64,000 nt of DNA from the human T2T-CHM13v2.0 reference genome, Homo sapiens: the NCBI RefSeq assembly GCF_009914755.1, contig NC_060927.1. One strand, written 5' to 3'. This document shows, piece after piece, positions 27,370 through 39,779 of the stretch (position 1 is its first letter; each line of letters begins with the position of its first letter). The notes beneath the pieces were generated by a model. That model was not told the origin of the DNA and searched no databases. It was given only the letters and a program-made list of their open reading frames with translations. The position numbers and the translations under genes were made by a program.

Positions 27370-27437
27370 AGTTGCAAGATTTAATAGAGTGAAAACAGAG
27401 CTCCCATAAAATGGGAGGGGACCCAAAGGGGGTTGCC
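27335..27437 (-). pseudogene. HERV-W/LTR17 R-region processed retrocopy with A33 tail
   Basis: minus strand reads ggcaaccccctttgggtcccctcccattttatgggagctctgttttcactctATTAAAtcttgcaactgc then 33 A. Confidence 0.85.
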
Positions 27438-28703
27438 CACTAGTCCCTCTTAATGCTACTGTTGCTGCTACTCACTGTCCGTCTGCCTTCAGAATTTTGA
27501 AGGGACTGCCATGTCATTTCTGCCAAACCTAAAATTCAAAGCTACACTTTCGTGGGTTTTATCTTTGAATGTTTGTCACAGGTATCACTTTGAAAGTAAC
27601 TTTAGAATTTTCTTTTTTCAAAAAAATTATGTATTAAATCTAATATGATCTTATAATTTGAACACTTTTGAAGGTAGTACACAGTACACTCAAATAACTT
27701 GTGAGGAGATAATTTAGACAAAATTTTGAAAGTGCCCTACAGGTTTTAAAATTATTTACATTTATTGAAGCTACTCTATAAACTGCTCAGATTCTATCAA
27801 TGATTTTCATTCACGATTATTTTAGAATTTAATATCACATTAGTTTTTGCCTAATTGAAATTGAGTGTTACAGGTGTTGATATAATGATTGTAAAGATTT
27901 GTTTCAAACTAAAAAAGGAAATCTGGCATAGAGGGGTTTATTTTGTGCAGAAAGTTAATATGCTGAGATATGGGATGTAACACACAATGTAGTTGCTTTT
28001 ATTGGTTAAACAGATAACTGATATGCAGATAGAATAATAATTATAGTAATAGCTATTGGGAAGCTAAAACATAAACCTAGCTAAAGCTGAGGAAAATATT
28101 CAGTGGTGAATTTTGGCCATTTTTAATCTTTTAAAGTGAGAGAGAAGTTTTGAAATCATTATCCTGATGAAAATAAAAAAAGAATGCAGATTGGGTAAAT
28201 TATTTTTTCATTGACATTTCAATACTATATTGTCTATTTAGGCCATCCATTTTGGCATTATATAGCTCTATGGTGATTGGTTACGAACTTCTGAAAGAGA
28301 CCAGAAACAATTTAGAAATGCAAAGTATTATTATTAAATTTTCTCCTCATCTGGCTTATAGGTTCCTGGAAGGCAGGTTATCTGACTTATCCCCTTGTTT
28401 TCCCTCCTTTATTCTTTGCCACTTCTCACTCCTCTTCCACTGCCCTCACACTCTGCATTTAGCAAAGTGTTTCACACAGAGCAAGATTATCCAGTTCCTC
28501 ATTTTCGTGGTTGTTTTAGGCATTATTTATTTAATTATACAAGTTCAGAGATGGTTTGCAAAGAAAATACCAAACAAGTTGGAAAGCTTATAATTCATGT
28601 TTTTATAACATTTTTTCCTTGCAGTGTAGTATTAATGAGGTAACCTACTAGAAAATCTAGCATTTTTTAATCTCCTGTAGTATTTAATAAATATCATTCT
28701 ATG

Positions 28704-28913
28704 CAGTGTTGTGCTGGTAAATGTTTAATAGCTAGCTCTCAAAATAAAGAAAAAAGAAAGATAGATTTGTTGTGTTTGCTGACTTCCATGTTGTAAATTC
28801 TTCCACAGCAGCTGGCTTCTAGCTACCGTGTAGTGTCGCTGAATGGACACTTGGGGAGAGATGTACACAACCAGCTCTTGAGAATAAGGGCAAGGTGGGT
28901 CATTACACCACTG
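28704..28913 (+). mobile_element. MER63A-like hAT-Blackjack DNA transposon
   Basis: termini cagtgttgtgctggtaaatgtttaa ... cattacaccactg; internal ttggggagagatg. Confidence 0.8.
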
Positions 28914-28931
28914 TTTCCCTAGCAGAAGACA

Positions 28932-29390
28932 TTGTTGCCTTGCCCATGTTCCTTACAACTGTACCGTTTCATTGCACTCTGCCTTAAATTCCAGCTGCTA
29001 GTTTATTCACCTCTGTGCCTGAGGGTCCTCTATGGATGTGGGTTCGGTTTTTGCCTGAGCCAGAAATGCCAAGAAATGATTTCCATTGGCAGCAGCAATC
29101 AAACAATTACTGACAATAGTTGGTGCATAAATTCACCAGCTCCCTTAGCTCTCTAATTGGATCAATCTGAGGCCTATGTTCTAAAATAGCTCCCATTGTT
29201 TTCCAGCAAGATTAGCTTCCAGTTGTCCACAGCAGTGAGTTTCAGGGAAACACATCCTATATTGGTTCTCTCCTCTTCTCTTTGTCACTTTCCTACTTCT
29301 TTACAGGTGTTTCCCAGGATCATCTGAAAAAACTACTTGCATTGAATCCTGTCTCAAGATCCATTTCTGCTGGAGCTCAAACCAATTCAA
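28932..29390 (+). mobile_element. LTR16-family (ERVL) solo LTR
   Basis: caattactgacaatagttggtgcataaattcaccagctccc, ccagttgtccacagcagt, ggtgtttcccaggatca..aaactacttgca..tctcaag. Confidence 0.8.
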
Positions 29391-29664
29391 ACTTCTGTAC
29401 ACTTCAATTTCCATCTTTTGCAGATGTCTTTGAGTATGAATTGGAGTATGAATGTCTATTCAAACCCATATAACTATTCAGTATTTCCCATGCTTACTGC
29501 AATAAAGGTGTGATGCTTCAGGAACTTCTCATTCTGTCTGGTGAAAAATATCGACGTCCTCATAGCACTGCACCATTAAATACTTGTAACAGAGAAAATG
29601 TGGCTGTCAAGTACAACCTACTTGCACACGTAGAAAAGACAGGTTCTGACTCTTTTGTTGTCCC

Positions 29665-29965
29665 TTTTTTTTTTTTTTTTTTGAGATGGAGTTTCAGTCT
29701 TGTTGCCCTGGTTGGAGTGCAGTGGCATGATCTCGGCTCACTGTAAACTCCGTCTCATGGGTTCAAGCAATTCTCTTGCCTTAGCCTCCTGAGTAGCTGG
29801 GATTATTGGAGCCCACCACCATGCCCAGCTAATTTTTGTATTTTTAGTAGAGATGGGGTTTCACCATGTTGGCCAGGCTGGTCTCAAACTCCTGACCTCA
29901 GGTGATCCGCTTGCCTTGGCTTCCCAAAATGCTGTGATTACAGGTGTGAGCCTCTGTGCCTGGCC
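29665..29965 (-). mobile_element. Alu (AluSq-like)
   Basis: full dimer with T tail; gagtttcagtcttgttgccc, ctgacctcaggtgatcc. Confidence 0.95.
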
Positions 29966-31775
29966 TGTCACGTATTATTGGAGGAAATGTGAAGAACTGA
30001 GGCTGAGCAAAAGGATTGCACCTGAAAGGACGAAGGCTAAAGAACAGAAAAAGAGAGGCATGGGACATATTTTATTGATATAAATGGAACTGTATTTTTT
30101 GAGGTGTTTTTAGATATACTTTCCACGGTCTTATTTTTGGTGCCTGCTTTCTTTTTGACTTCCACATGCAATAATTTCCCTAAACTACTTCTATGTATGA
30201 TTTTATTTCATTTTGTTTAACTTTTCTGCTCAAGTTTTTTAAAATGTAAAACCTAAGCAGAAATATATATAAATGCTCACAAAATATAATTTTAATGTCT
30301 GTCTCCATTTTCAAAATGGGAGAAAATATTCACCATGAAACTGAAGAAAAAATCTGGAAGTGTTTGACTTAAAAAAAAAAAAATCCCACTCATCATTCGA
30401 CTTATCCCTAATAGTTATTGCCTTCTCCCCAACTGGTGATGTAAACAAAATAATAATAGGATAAAAAATTCAAGGGAGAATAAGCAAATATTGTTAAGTT
30501 TTTCTTCATCTTGTGATGTGCATGATGCTTGAATATGATAGAAGAGATGCCGTCTGTGTGGTGTCATTAGAGTGCTGGCTCAGAATTGCCTTGATTCTTC
30601 TCATGTGTTATGGGAGCTATAAATCCAACAGCGAATAGTAGCCACAAGAAGTGACAAGTGCAATTCAGCTTCCAAGACCGGTTTTCAGTGTTGTCCCTGG
30701 TATTAAGTTCTGGATTCACCAGGAACCTGAATGTCACCATATGTCTTGTGAAATTAGTTTACTGACACACAAAGTGAGGACCCTTCCTATGGCACCAGGA
30801 AAATCAGACAACTGTCCATTTTTGAGGTCAAAATTAAATCTTGAAATAAAGTACTTTTGTTAAGGCACAATTTTCTCTTACATGTTAGCTATTCTAATTA
30901 TAAGTAAAATTGAAATAGCTTTTTTTTTCACTCAGAGCTCTTAGGGCGGCTTTCAAGAGCACTTAGGCTATTGCAGAATAAGGGCTGGGCTACTGTGAGA
31001 ATGTATGTTTAATTAGTGAATATTGGATTAAAGGAGAAATTGGCCAAGAAGTGCATGAAAGAGTCAGGAACCATATGAATTAGTCAGGTTATTTTTGATA
31101 TTTTGAGTTGCTGAATAAACAAGCCATTCAATGCCATCATTTTTATTATTTTGGCAAAAATTACTCAAAACAGAAAATGGCCAATAGATGATGTTGTTGG
31201 AACTGAAGGTTTGTAATGGAATTAGAGTAACAGAAAATAAAATCAACTTCTTTTAGGGAATTTTTATTTATGTTTTCTACATTATGAAAGATGACACTGT
31301 TTATGATTATGTCAGCTGAAATTAAATGCTATTTTATCATTAGATGTTTGCTGCTATGGTTTCTGATATGAAGATTTCTGATCCTTTATGTATACTCTTC
31401 TTTGACCACCAATCCTCATTTATAAATGATGACTAAAGTGGCTCTTGTTTCTTAGGAAATTGTTCTTTTCTATGACTCCAATTATGACCAATTGCCAAAT
31501 AAAAGGAAGCAGCACCTAATTTATTAGTTGATTGATAGGAAAATAAAAGAAGTTTTCTGCAAGTAGTAAAAGTAAGTATTCTGTTATAATGTGGCACTGA
31601 GTAAGTAACCCAATTTAATTTTCTACTATTGGATAAATTTTGTTATTTAAGTGGAGTTCAGTATCCAGATGTATTTTAGAAGCGATGTTTTTTAGAGTGG
31701 CAAAATGACAAAATGACAAATGTTCATGAAAAGATATAAGCATATATATGGTATGTATATTGTACCATATACATA

Positions 31776-31786
31776 CTGTGTGTGTG

Positions 31787-31826
<40 letters not shown>
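31776..31826. repeat. (TG)n-(TA)n-(CA)n microsatellite
   Basis: seen directly. Confidence 0.95.
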
Positions 31827-31829
<3 letters not shown>

Positions 31830-33159
31830 GATAAAACCTAGCATAGTACTGTGTCAACTTTGGGATCCTTCAACTGAAGACAGATGTAGGGCACTTTGAA
31901 GATATACAGAAAAGAAGTATCATTAATGGACTGGCACATTAGGTGTCAGTATTTGTCTAGGCAGATTTTTTTCCTTTGGTTCCTTTCCAGTTTCTAGATT
32001 TCCCCTGCCTCATCCCATACCTAGCCCCTTGTGCCTTTTTTCTATATAACTATTAACTCCTATTTTCACAACTTAGATATCTCCCAATACAATTTTAATA
32101 TCCCCAAAGAAATATTTGTTAGTTGGATATTTGGAGGCACGAGTGTCACATGACCTGAAACTTTGTGGGTAGAAATTTTATTTTCAAATGTATTCAGATC
32201 AGTCTCTGATTAGCCAAGTTCAGACAGTCATAGGGAGATCATTCGAGAGTGAGACGCACATAAACAATCTCCCAGCCCACTATTTTATTTTCATCAAGCC
32301 AACATTTGTAGCTTAACCATCCATGAGGAAAGAACCCTGAGGAGTCATAGAAAGGAGCAGATTGAGCTCATGGAATTGCTGAATGGTGAAAAACTGATTT
32401 TCATTACTAATGAAGGCACAAAAACGCAGGGATTTAAAACTAATACCTGAGAGTTTTGAGATTTAGATTATATGTAGTAAAGGCTTAGAAGAGCCACGTA
32501 GAAGTCAACATTCCTAAAATGTATTCTCCTTCTTTTCTTTAGTTTTCCAATCTTATTTATTAGCCTTTAGTCTTTTCTCTTTTGTTCATTTTGAAACCTT
32601 GTTCCAAGTAATCACCATCCAGATAATTGCCAGTATAGCTCTTGCTCAAATATTTTCTCTCTTTAAACAGGTGGCTTGCCAACCAATTTGCTATAGACTT
32701 ATTTATTTTTTCTTCTTTTATTTCCTTTTTCTTCCGTCTGCCTTACAGCTACAGAAACTTGAAAGGGTCACAGTTTATGCCCAATTTTTCCCTTCCATTT
32801 CCTTTTTACAAAATTTCATTTCTTTAAACTCATTCTACAGGACATTTCTGTCTTGAAAAATGAGACAGACTGTGTTAAGCACTGTCCATTACTACTGTAT
32901 TCTTCTGTTTCACCGTTGTAAGATATACTGAATGCCATGTCCTATTGTGGATATGTCAAAACAAAGAGAGATAGCAGTTTAAGGCCTCTGTTCACTTCCT
33001 TTCTATTATATTTTGAAGTATTCCATATTTTGAAATAGTTTTCAATTCATGAAAGAAAATTAAAAACCTGTATCCTTTTTTCCCTTTCAGCAAAATAAGG
33101 CAGTCACTTTTCATTTAACCATCTTTGCTACAATATAAAACCTAAAAATAAGAACACTT

Positions 33160-33189
33160 TGTGTGTGTGTGTGTGTTGTGTGTGTGTGT
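33160..33189. repeat. (TG)n microsatellite
   Basis: seen directly. Confidence 0.9.
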
Positions 33190-33914
33190 TAAAGACCAAA
33201 CAAACATGACACAATGCCTGCTATTATCTTGGGAAATTAGCTGTACAGCATTCACAGGCTTTCTTCCAAGTGCTCCAAATTCATTTATTTGGTTTTTGAA
33301 TAGAAATTTGTCTGGCCGAACAACTGTATGAATCAGAGAGGATGTTTTTTCCCCTCAGAAATGACCCTTGACATCCCCAGTCCTGCTGTCTATCTATACA
33401 TGTCTGTTTGTCTGTGTAGCCCTATAGAGACTGGCTTCATGAGACCCAAGTTTTTGTAACAAAGAAAACAATCTAGTTTTACCTTTGGAAGCTCACCAAG
33501 AACCATAAAGAAACCATGTATTCAGGCAAAATGCAGTTCGTTGGGAAAGGGTTTTAGGGAATGTTTTCAGCAAGGACAGTCTTATTAATAATGCGAATAG
33601 CAAGTTAGACGTCATGTCGTGATCCACAATAAATCAAGGGAAGGGGTTTAAACATGACCACTGGCAATGTACTTCAGGGTTATTATATGCACAGAATGAA
33701 TCAGAGCAATGCTCATGGCTGCTTTCAAACTTCTCCTAGCTTTCGATGGGGGCTGATGTAATGAGCAAACCCAAAGACTTTTTAGATTTTCAGGATGAAT
33801 GATAAAAAGAGTTTATAGAACAGGCAAAGTGATATATAAGGAGAAATCTGGCATAGGGTGGGCGTCTGCTGATGGGATAGGAAAGGGATAATTGGGAAAC
33901 TCCTGAACATCTCA

Positions 33915-34135
33915 GATAGTGTAGTGGAATGTATGCTGATTCAAGCATCAAACAGGCAAGATTCTGATGCAGTCTAGCTGTACAGTTTTGGTCAAGTTTC
34001 TTAACATCTGTGAATCACAGTTTTCTCAACTGTAATATTAATATGAGGTAGAAATATCTGCTTTTTGTGCTGAATTAGATGTGAAAAGTAGAATAGAAAG
34101 GTGTGAAAGGGTTTGAGTTTGAGCAACTGTAAACA
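33915..34135 (+). mobile_element. MIR SINE
   Basis: agtgtagtgga..ttggtcaagtttcttaacatctgtgaatcacagttttctcaactgtaa. Confidence 0.7.
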
Positions 34136-34149
34136 TAAGAGTATCTGTT

Positions 34150-34555
34150 GGTTAGAATAAAGAACTCTGGAGGAAGACTAGGTTTGATGTGGGAATATTT
34201 TGGTACACCATCCATCTTGTAGTTGGATGATGTTGCATCATCCAACTAGAGATATGAAATCAGTAATTGAATATATAAGTCCCAAACTCAGAGGAGTGGT
34301 CAGAGCTGGGCATAAGTATTTAGAAGCCATTGTATTGGTGGTGACCGAAGCTATAGTATAGACGAATGCTCTTCGGAGGAGAATATAGAATGAGAAGAAA
34401 AGACCTTGAGTACTTTGACATTCAAAGGCTAGGTAAAAGAGGCTGAGCCAGAAGACAGACTGGCAAAGTTTGGCCAAGAAAATAGAGTAAACTCAGGAGA
34501 ATGACATAAAATTCAAAGGAAGAGAAAACTTTAAGAAAAAGACTGTGCTCAACCC
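34150..34555 (-). mobile_element. L2 fragment
   Basis: catccaactagagatatg..gaatatataagtcccaaactcagaggagtggtcagagctggg..gaagaaaagaccttgag. Confidence 0.7.
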
Positions 34556-34599
34556 TATCTCAATCAATTTATTTCCATGTCTTCCATTAACACATATTA

Positions 34600-35262
34600 G
34601 AAGCTAACACCACTTATCACATGAGCTATTGCAGTAACCTCCTAAATTATATACTTATTACAATCAATTTCCCACAACATGGCCAATAACACTGCATTTT
34701 GAATTCCAAATTTCGTCATGTTATTTATCTGCCTAAAATGCTATAATGCCTCACATTTCTTACAGAACAAAAGTAAATCCTTAATAGGTTCTACCAGGCC
34801 CTGCAAGATATGGCCCCTGATCATTTCTACAGACCTGTCTTGCACTGCTATGTCCTCCCCGTGTCAGCCTGGGCCTCCTTCACTTTCTTAAGTGTTCTGT
34901 GCTCTCCTCTGCATACTGGCTTTTCACATGCACTTTCCTGGCCTAAAACGCTAGTCACTTCCCCCGCTGCTTTGATCTAGGATATCTTACTTACCCTTCA
35001 GAATTGCAGCAGAAAGTCATTTCTACAGGAGTCCTTCCCTGACCTCCAAATTACAAAGCTCCTTGGTTTTTGTTTTTGTTTTCTTTTTCTCTTAACTTTG
35101 TAGCCTTTTCTTCATGGAATATGGGTAACATCTGACTCTTAAGCTAGGCTCTAAAGTCCATTAGGACAAGGACATTGTATTATTAATGGCTGTATCCTCA
35201 GTTCCTAGCACGGCACATGGCAAATGCCAGGTTGTTAATAAGTAATTGTTGCACTAATGCTT
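34600..35262 (+). mobile_element. L2 3' end
   Basis: tattgcagtaacctcctaa..caggccctgcaagatatggcccctg..ccttccctgacc..ctgtatcctcagttcctagcac..aataagtaattgttg. Confidence 0.8.
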
Positions 35263-35265
35263 AAA

Positions 35266-35348
35266 AGGATATTTCACATTCTATCTATATTTAAGCATTA
35301 AATATGTATTTATTAATGCTTAAATATAGATAGAATGTGAAATATCCT
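35266..35348. repeat. perfect 36-bp inverted repeat with 11-nt spacer
   Basis: 35266-35301 is the exact reverse complement of 35313-35348. Confidence 0.97.
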
Positions 35349-36224
35349 GTTAATCATTGATTTTTTTTCATCTACTGTTAGATGTTGGAAAAGCCTAGAA
35401 GATATGTGAAATATTTATTTTTAATGAGGTGCTAGGATGTTATAACTTATTGATACTAACTGAACACATGCACAGGGAAATGGCTATTTACATACACAAG
35501 GATTACTCTGACATTTTAAGTATTTCCAACATAATTTGTTGCAGACAAAATAAGGAGGTCAATAAAAGGTCTAATCAAATTTTCTTATTTCTTTTCTTTA
35601 TTTTTTCTTCCTTTCTTCCTTCCTTTTCTTTCTTCCTTTTTTTTTTTTGGCAGAGAAGGATGGAGTACTGTATTTCCCATAATATAGGTGATATAGACCA
35701 GCTATTAATATTACCACTGTATTTTAATATTAAAATGAGGAGGATTTAGAAATATTCAGAGTATAGATGTTTAGGATGCTTATGTGTGTATTCATACATA
35801 TATATATATATATATACACACACACACGGTTCAATAAATCATCTTGTTTCTTCTTAATTAATTGCTTTATTTCCTAGAGTAATGGGAAATGTTGAACACA
35901 TAACTGAATCCTGTTGCAACAAGCTGATTTTCAGGGGTCACTAGTCCTGTTATGCAGGCAAGAACAGGCCTTGATTGGATCTGGCAGGCCATCTGTTATA
36001 CCTCAGGTGTCCTAGAAGCCTCATTTCCTGTTTAGGTGAGTCAACAGATCTAACATATGTGCCAAACTTTTGAGAAATTAGCTTCCTTTAGAAACGACTA
36101 GAAGGACATAATTAGTGAATGCTCTACCGGAGAAAAATCACTGACACTAAAATAATATCTTGATTAAAACTTATTATTGATACTTGTTTCTTTCATCTCT
36201 TTGGTTGTCCTGTTTGTTTTGTTT

Positions 36225-36637
36225 TGTTTAAACACCTTAAATCCTAGTGGTATGAAGCAACAACAACTTCATTATACTCACAATTTGGGGATTTATGGAT
36301 TTGGGCTGAGAACTAGCAAGAGCAGCATGTGTCTATTCCACAGTGGTTGGGGAATGAAGTGCTGGCATCTCTCTCTCCATCCAGTCTGTCCTCATGACTG
36401 ACATGGGAACCTGTCAGGGAGGTAGGATTTCTTATAGGGCCCTGGCTTTCTCCTGTGAAATCCTTCCAAGAGACCAAAGGAGAAGCTTCAAAGCTTCTTA
36501 TGACTTTGCAAGTCATATTGTGTCATTTCCACTTTCATATTATGGATACACAGGGGTATCCCATTTTCAATGTGGTAGGGTCTGAATACCAGGAGGTGTG
36601 ATTTTAAAAGGGATCACTTTCGGGACTAGCCTCCACA
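36225..36637 (-). mobile_element. old MLT1 (MLT1H/J-like) LTR
   Basis: tagtggtatgaagcaacaac..tactcacaatttgggg..tgaataccaggaggtgtg..gactagcctccaca. Confidence 0.65.
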
Positions 36638-37469
36638 TCGGTATCTTTGAATTACTACTTTTCTCTCTGTGTGCCTTCATGCATGTTAATCCTTACACTT
36701 TGCTTGAGATACAAGGAATAAAGCAATTACTACTGTGATTTCCACTATTAAAAGAATGAATGGATTCAAGGTGCTTCTTTGGAGAAAGCCATAACAATAC
36801 TGAAAAACTTGGAAATAAAACCAATTACTTATATATCCTTATCTGCTCTCCCGAGAGCTAGATAATCTTTTCCTTTTGATTTAAATATTATATAGTCTAA
36901 GGAGAAACATTAATATTTTACATACTACAGTGTTACTACCAAGTTTAGAATTGTTACCAGGCTGAGAAAACCGTGATAATAGAATTCGGAAATGATACTG
37001 TATGCCTTGTAAACAATACCCTACTGTTGAACGTAACCAAGGGCAGCATATTTCCCCAAAATCTTTGTTCTTTCTTGTATTCCGAGTGAGCTTCGGAATA
37101 CAAATAAACATTTTAATTTTTTTAATATTTTCTTACACGAAATAGTGCATGAACGAGACCAACAATTAGAAATAATGAATTTATTGTAACATCCCTTTCA
37201 GACGTACAAATGAGGAATTTTATTGGTTATAAATTTTATATAGAACATCTTAGAAAAAAGTAGAGGTCTAGCTTTCTTTCACTGGTCACAGTTTTTGCCT
37301 TTTTCTTCCCCTGAAACATTATAACAAATTTAAACTTAGGCTGTGTTTGCACAACATAAAGTCTATGCTTATAATGCAAAACATAAGAGTTGCCGTGGTA
37401 ATTTCTTCACTGTGTGTACCAAACCAAAACAGATATATCAGGCCTCACTGTGTAGATTTACTCTTAACA

Positions 37470-37740
37470 GAGCTCAACAAGTATTTGTTGAGTGCTTACT
37501 ATGTGTCAGGAACAATACCAAGGCCTGGAAATATTTAGATAAATATGACATAATCCCTACCATCAAACAACTTACATTCCAGGACAGACAGTCATGTAGA
37601 CAAATAAATACAATATGCTGTGTTAGGTACTCAACACATGCCATAGCGAACAAGACAAAGGAGTCATTTTTTTTTTTAGCTGATTGTAGGAGGTGAGGAG
37701 GAGTTACAGAAAGGAGGAAACATTTTGGCCTGCATTTTAT
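37470..37740 (-). mobile_element. L2 3' end
   Basis: tcaacaagtatttgttgagtgcttactatgtgtcagg..gacataatccctaccatcaaacaacttacattccag. Confidence 0.8.
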
Positions 37741-38399
37741 CCCCAAAAGACATATACAAATGTATAAGCAACAGAAAAGTTGTTTTAGATTTAAACACAG
37801 TTAAGACTTTTTCTGATAGTAGGTTTTAAAATGCAACACTAGCTTCTATCCAAATTAGAACTCATAATATATCTAAAAGGAGTTGTGCCATCTCAGAGAT
37901 AGAGGTGAAGTGAATGAGAAATGGGGCAATGATAGATCTTCTAACGCATTACATATCTTTCCGTATGCCAAAAAAATAAAAATTCAATAGTCAACATAAG
38001 AGCAAGGTCATAATATTCATGAACAGAGCAAACACACCTTGTTAAATATTATCCAGCTTTGATTCAAGAATGTCCATCTAGTACTGATTTAAATTTTCAC
38101 TTTTATATGAAGGTTACTGGATACTTTGAAATTTCAAAAAAGCCTTACATAAGATTTTTGATTTATGTAAAATTTAGATGTTTCTGTTTCAAGGAAAAGA
38201 ACATTCAGCTACTTAGTTATTTACAATGGAACCCATTTTCTTTCTTGCTGTTTATTTCTCTGTCTCTCTCTCTCTTTCTACAAAATTCTGTCACTCTGCT
38301 TTATACCAAGTCTGGATCTTTTTGTAGTCTTAAACACTTCTAAAATTTCCTGGACTATTCAATTTCTCATTATATAATTTTAGGAATGAGAAGACTTTT

Positions 38400-38642
38400 T
38401 TTTCTCCAGTATTTCCAGGCAACATCATAAATTTTCTTTTGAGTGAATAGGATTCAATCTCATGCTTATCCTTGACCTAATTAAGATGGCCAGAGGAAGG
38501 GAATGTCTAATTGGCTTAGCATAAGTCTAATCTGCCACTGCAGGATTTGGTGGAAATTTATCTTCCCAAAATGGAAATCAGGGTTATTTAAAAAGAATGT
38601 GGGGAATGAGTCTGAGGAGGCAATCAATAATCATCCACTATA
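38400..38642 (-). mobile_element. possible MLT1K/L-like LTR fragment
   Basis: tggccagaggaaggga..taattggcttag..ccaaaatggaaatcagggt..tccactata. Confidence 0.45.
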
Positions 38643-39360
38643 CATACATATATATAAAATATACATTTATATGTAAAATATATATTTTATATATATATAA
38701 AGTTTGATAATTTGAAAGGCTTGAACTTTTTTGATTCTTGGTGCTAATGCAGATAACAAATCAAAAACTAAAGGTTACATCTTTTGTGGGTTGTTGTCCC
38801 AATGCAATAGTGATGTAACTGATGGAAAGATATGAACACTCACAGCCAAAAGATACACAGTCACTAACATTGAGAAAGGATTAACAACAACAAAATCTCA
38901 CTGAGACAGCTGTACAGAGCTGAAAACATGGTAACTTCTGGTAGATTGGAAACATTCCTTTGCTTTAGGTCTCAGCAAGCTGCTACCTCTGCCAATAGGA
39001 CTACCTGATGGGGTTGAAGACACCATCAGAACCTTCAAAAACTTCCCTTTCCCCTTTTCACAGGGATTTATATATTCTGTTGTCCCCTTTCAAATAATCA
39101 GGAAACTGACTATCGACTACTTGCTCACTGAATGTTTACTGGAGATACGTGAAAGGACAATTTTCCCTCATTTCAAAGTGACTAAAACTCCAGTGAGAAT
39201 AAAAGTCTCAGGGTTCCCAATCAGAGGTGACACTTGGATCATTTTCCCACTGTACACTTTTTTTAAATTAAAAACCTGAGTTTTAGCCCTGCCTGAAACC
39301 TATTTCTGCATCACTGTTATTTAGAAACATGCATATTGTTGTCCTTATTTTTGGCACATT

Positions 39361-39779
<419 letters not shown>

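Noticed and set aside
28932-29390. LTR16 as the 5' LTR of the ERVL internal region at 22080-25560
   Set aside because: Opposite orientation and more than 3 kb of unrelated sequence between them.
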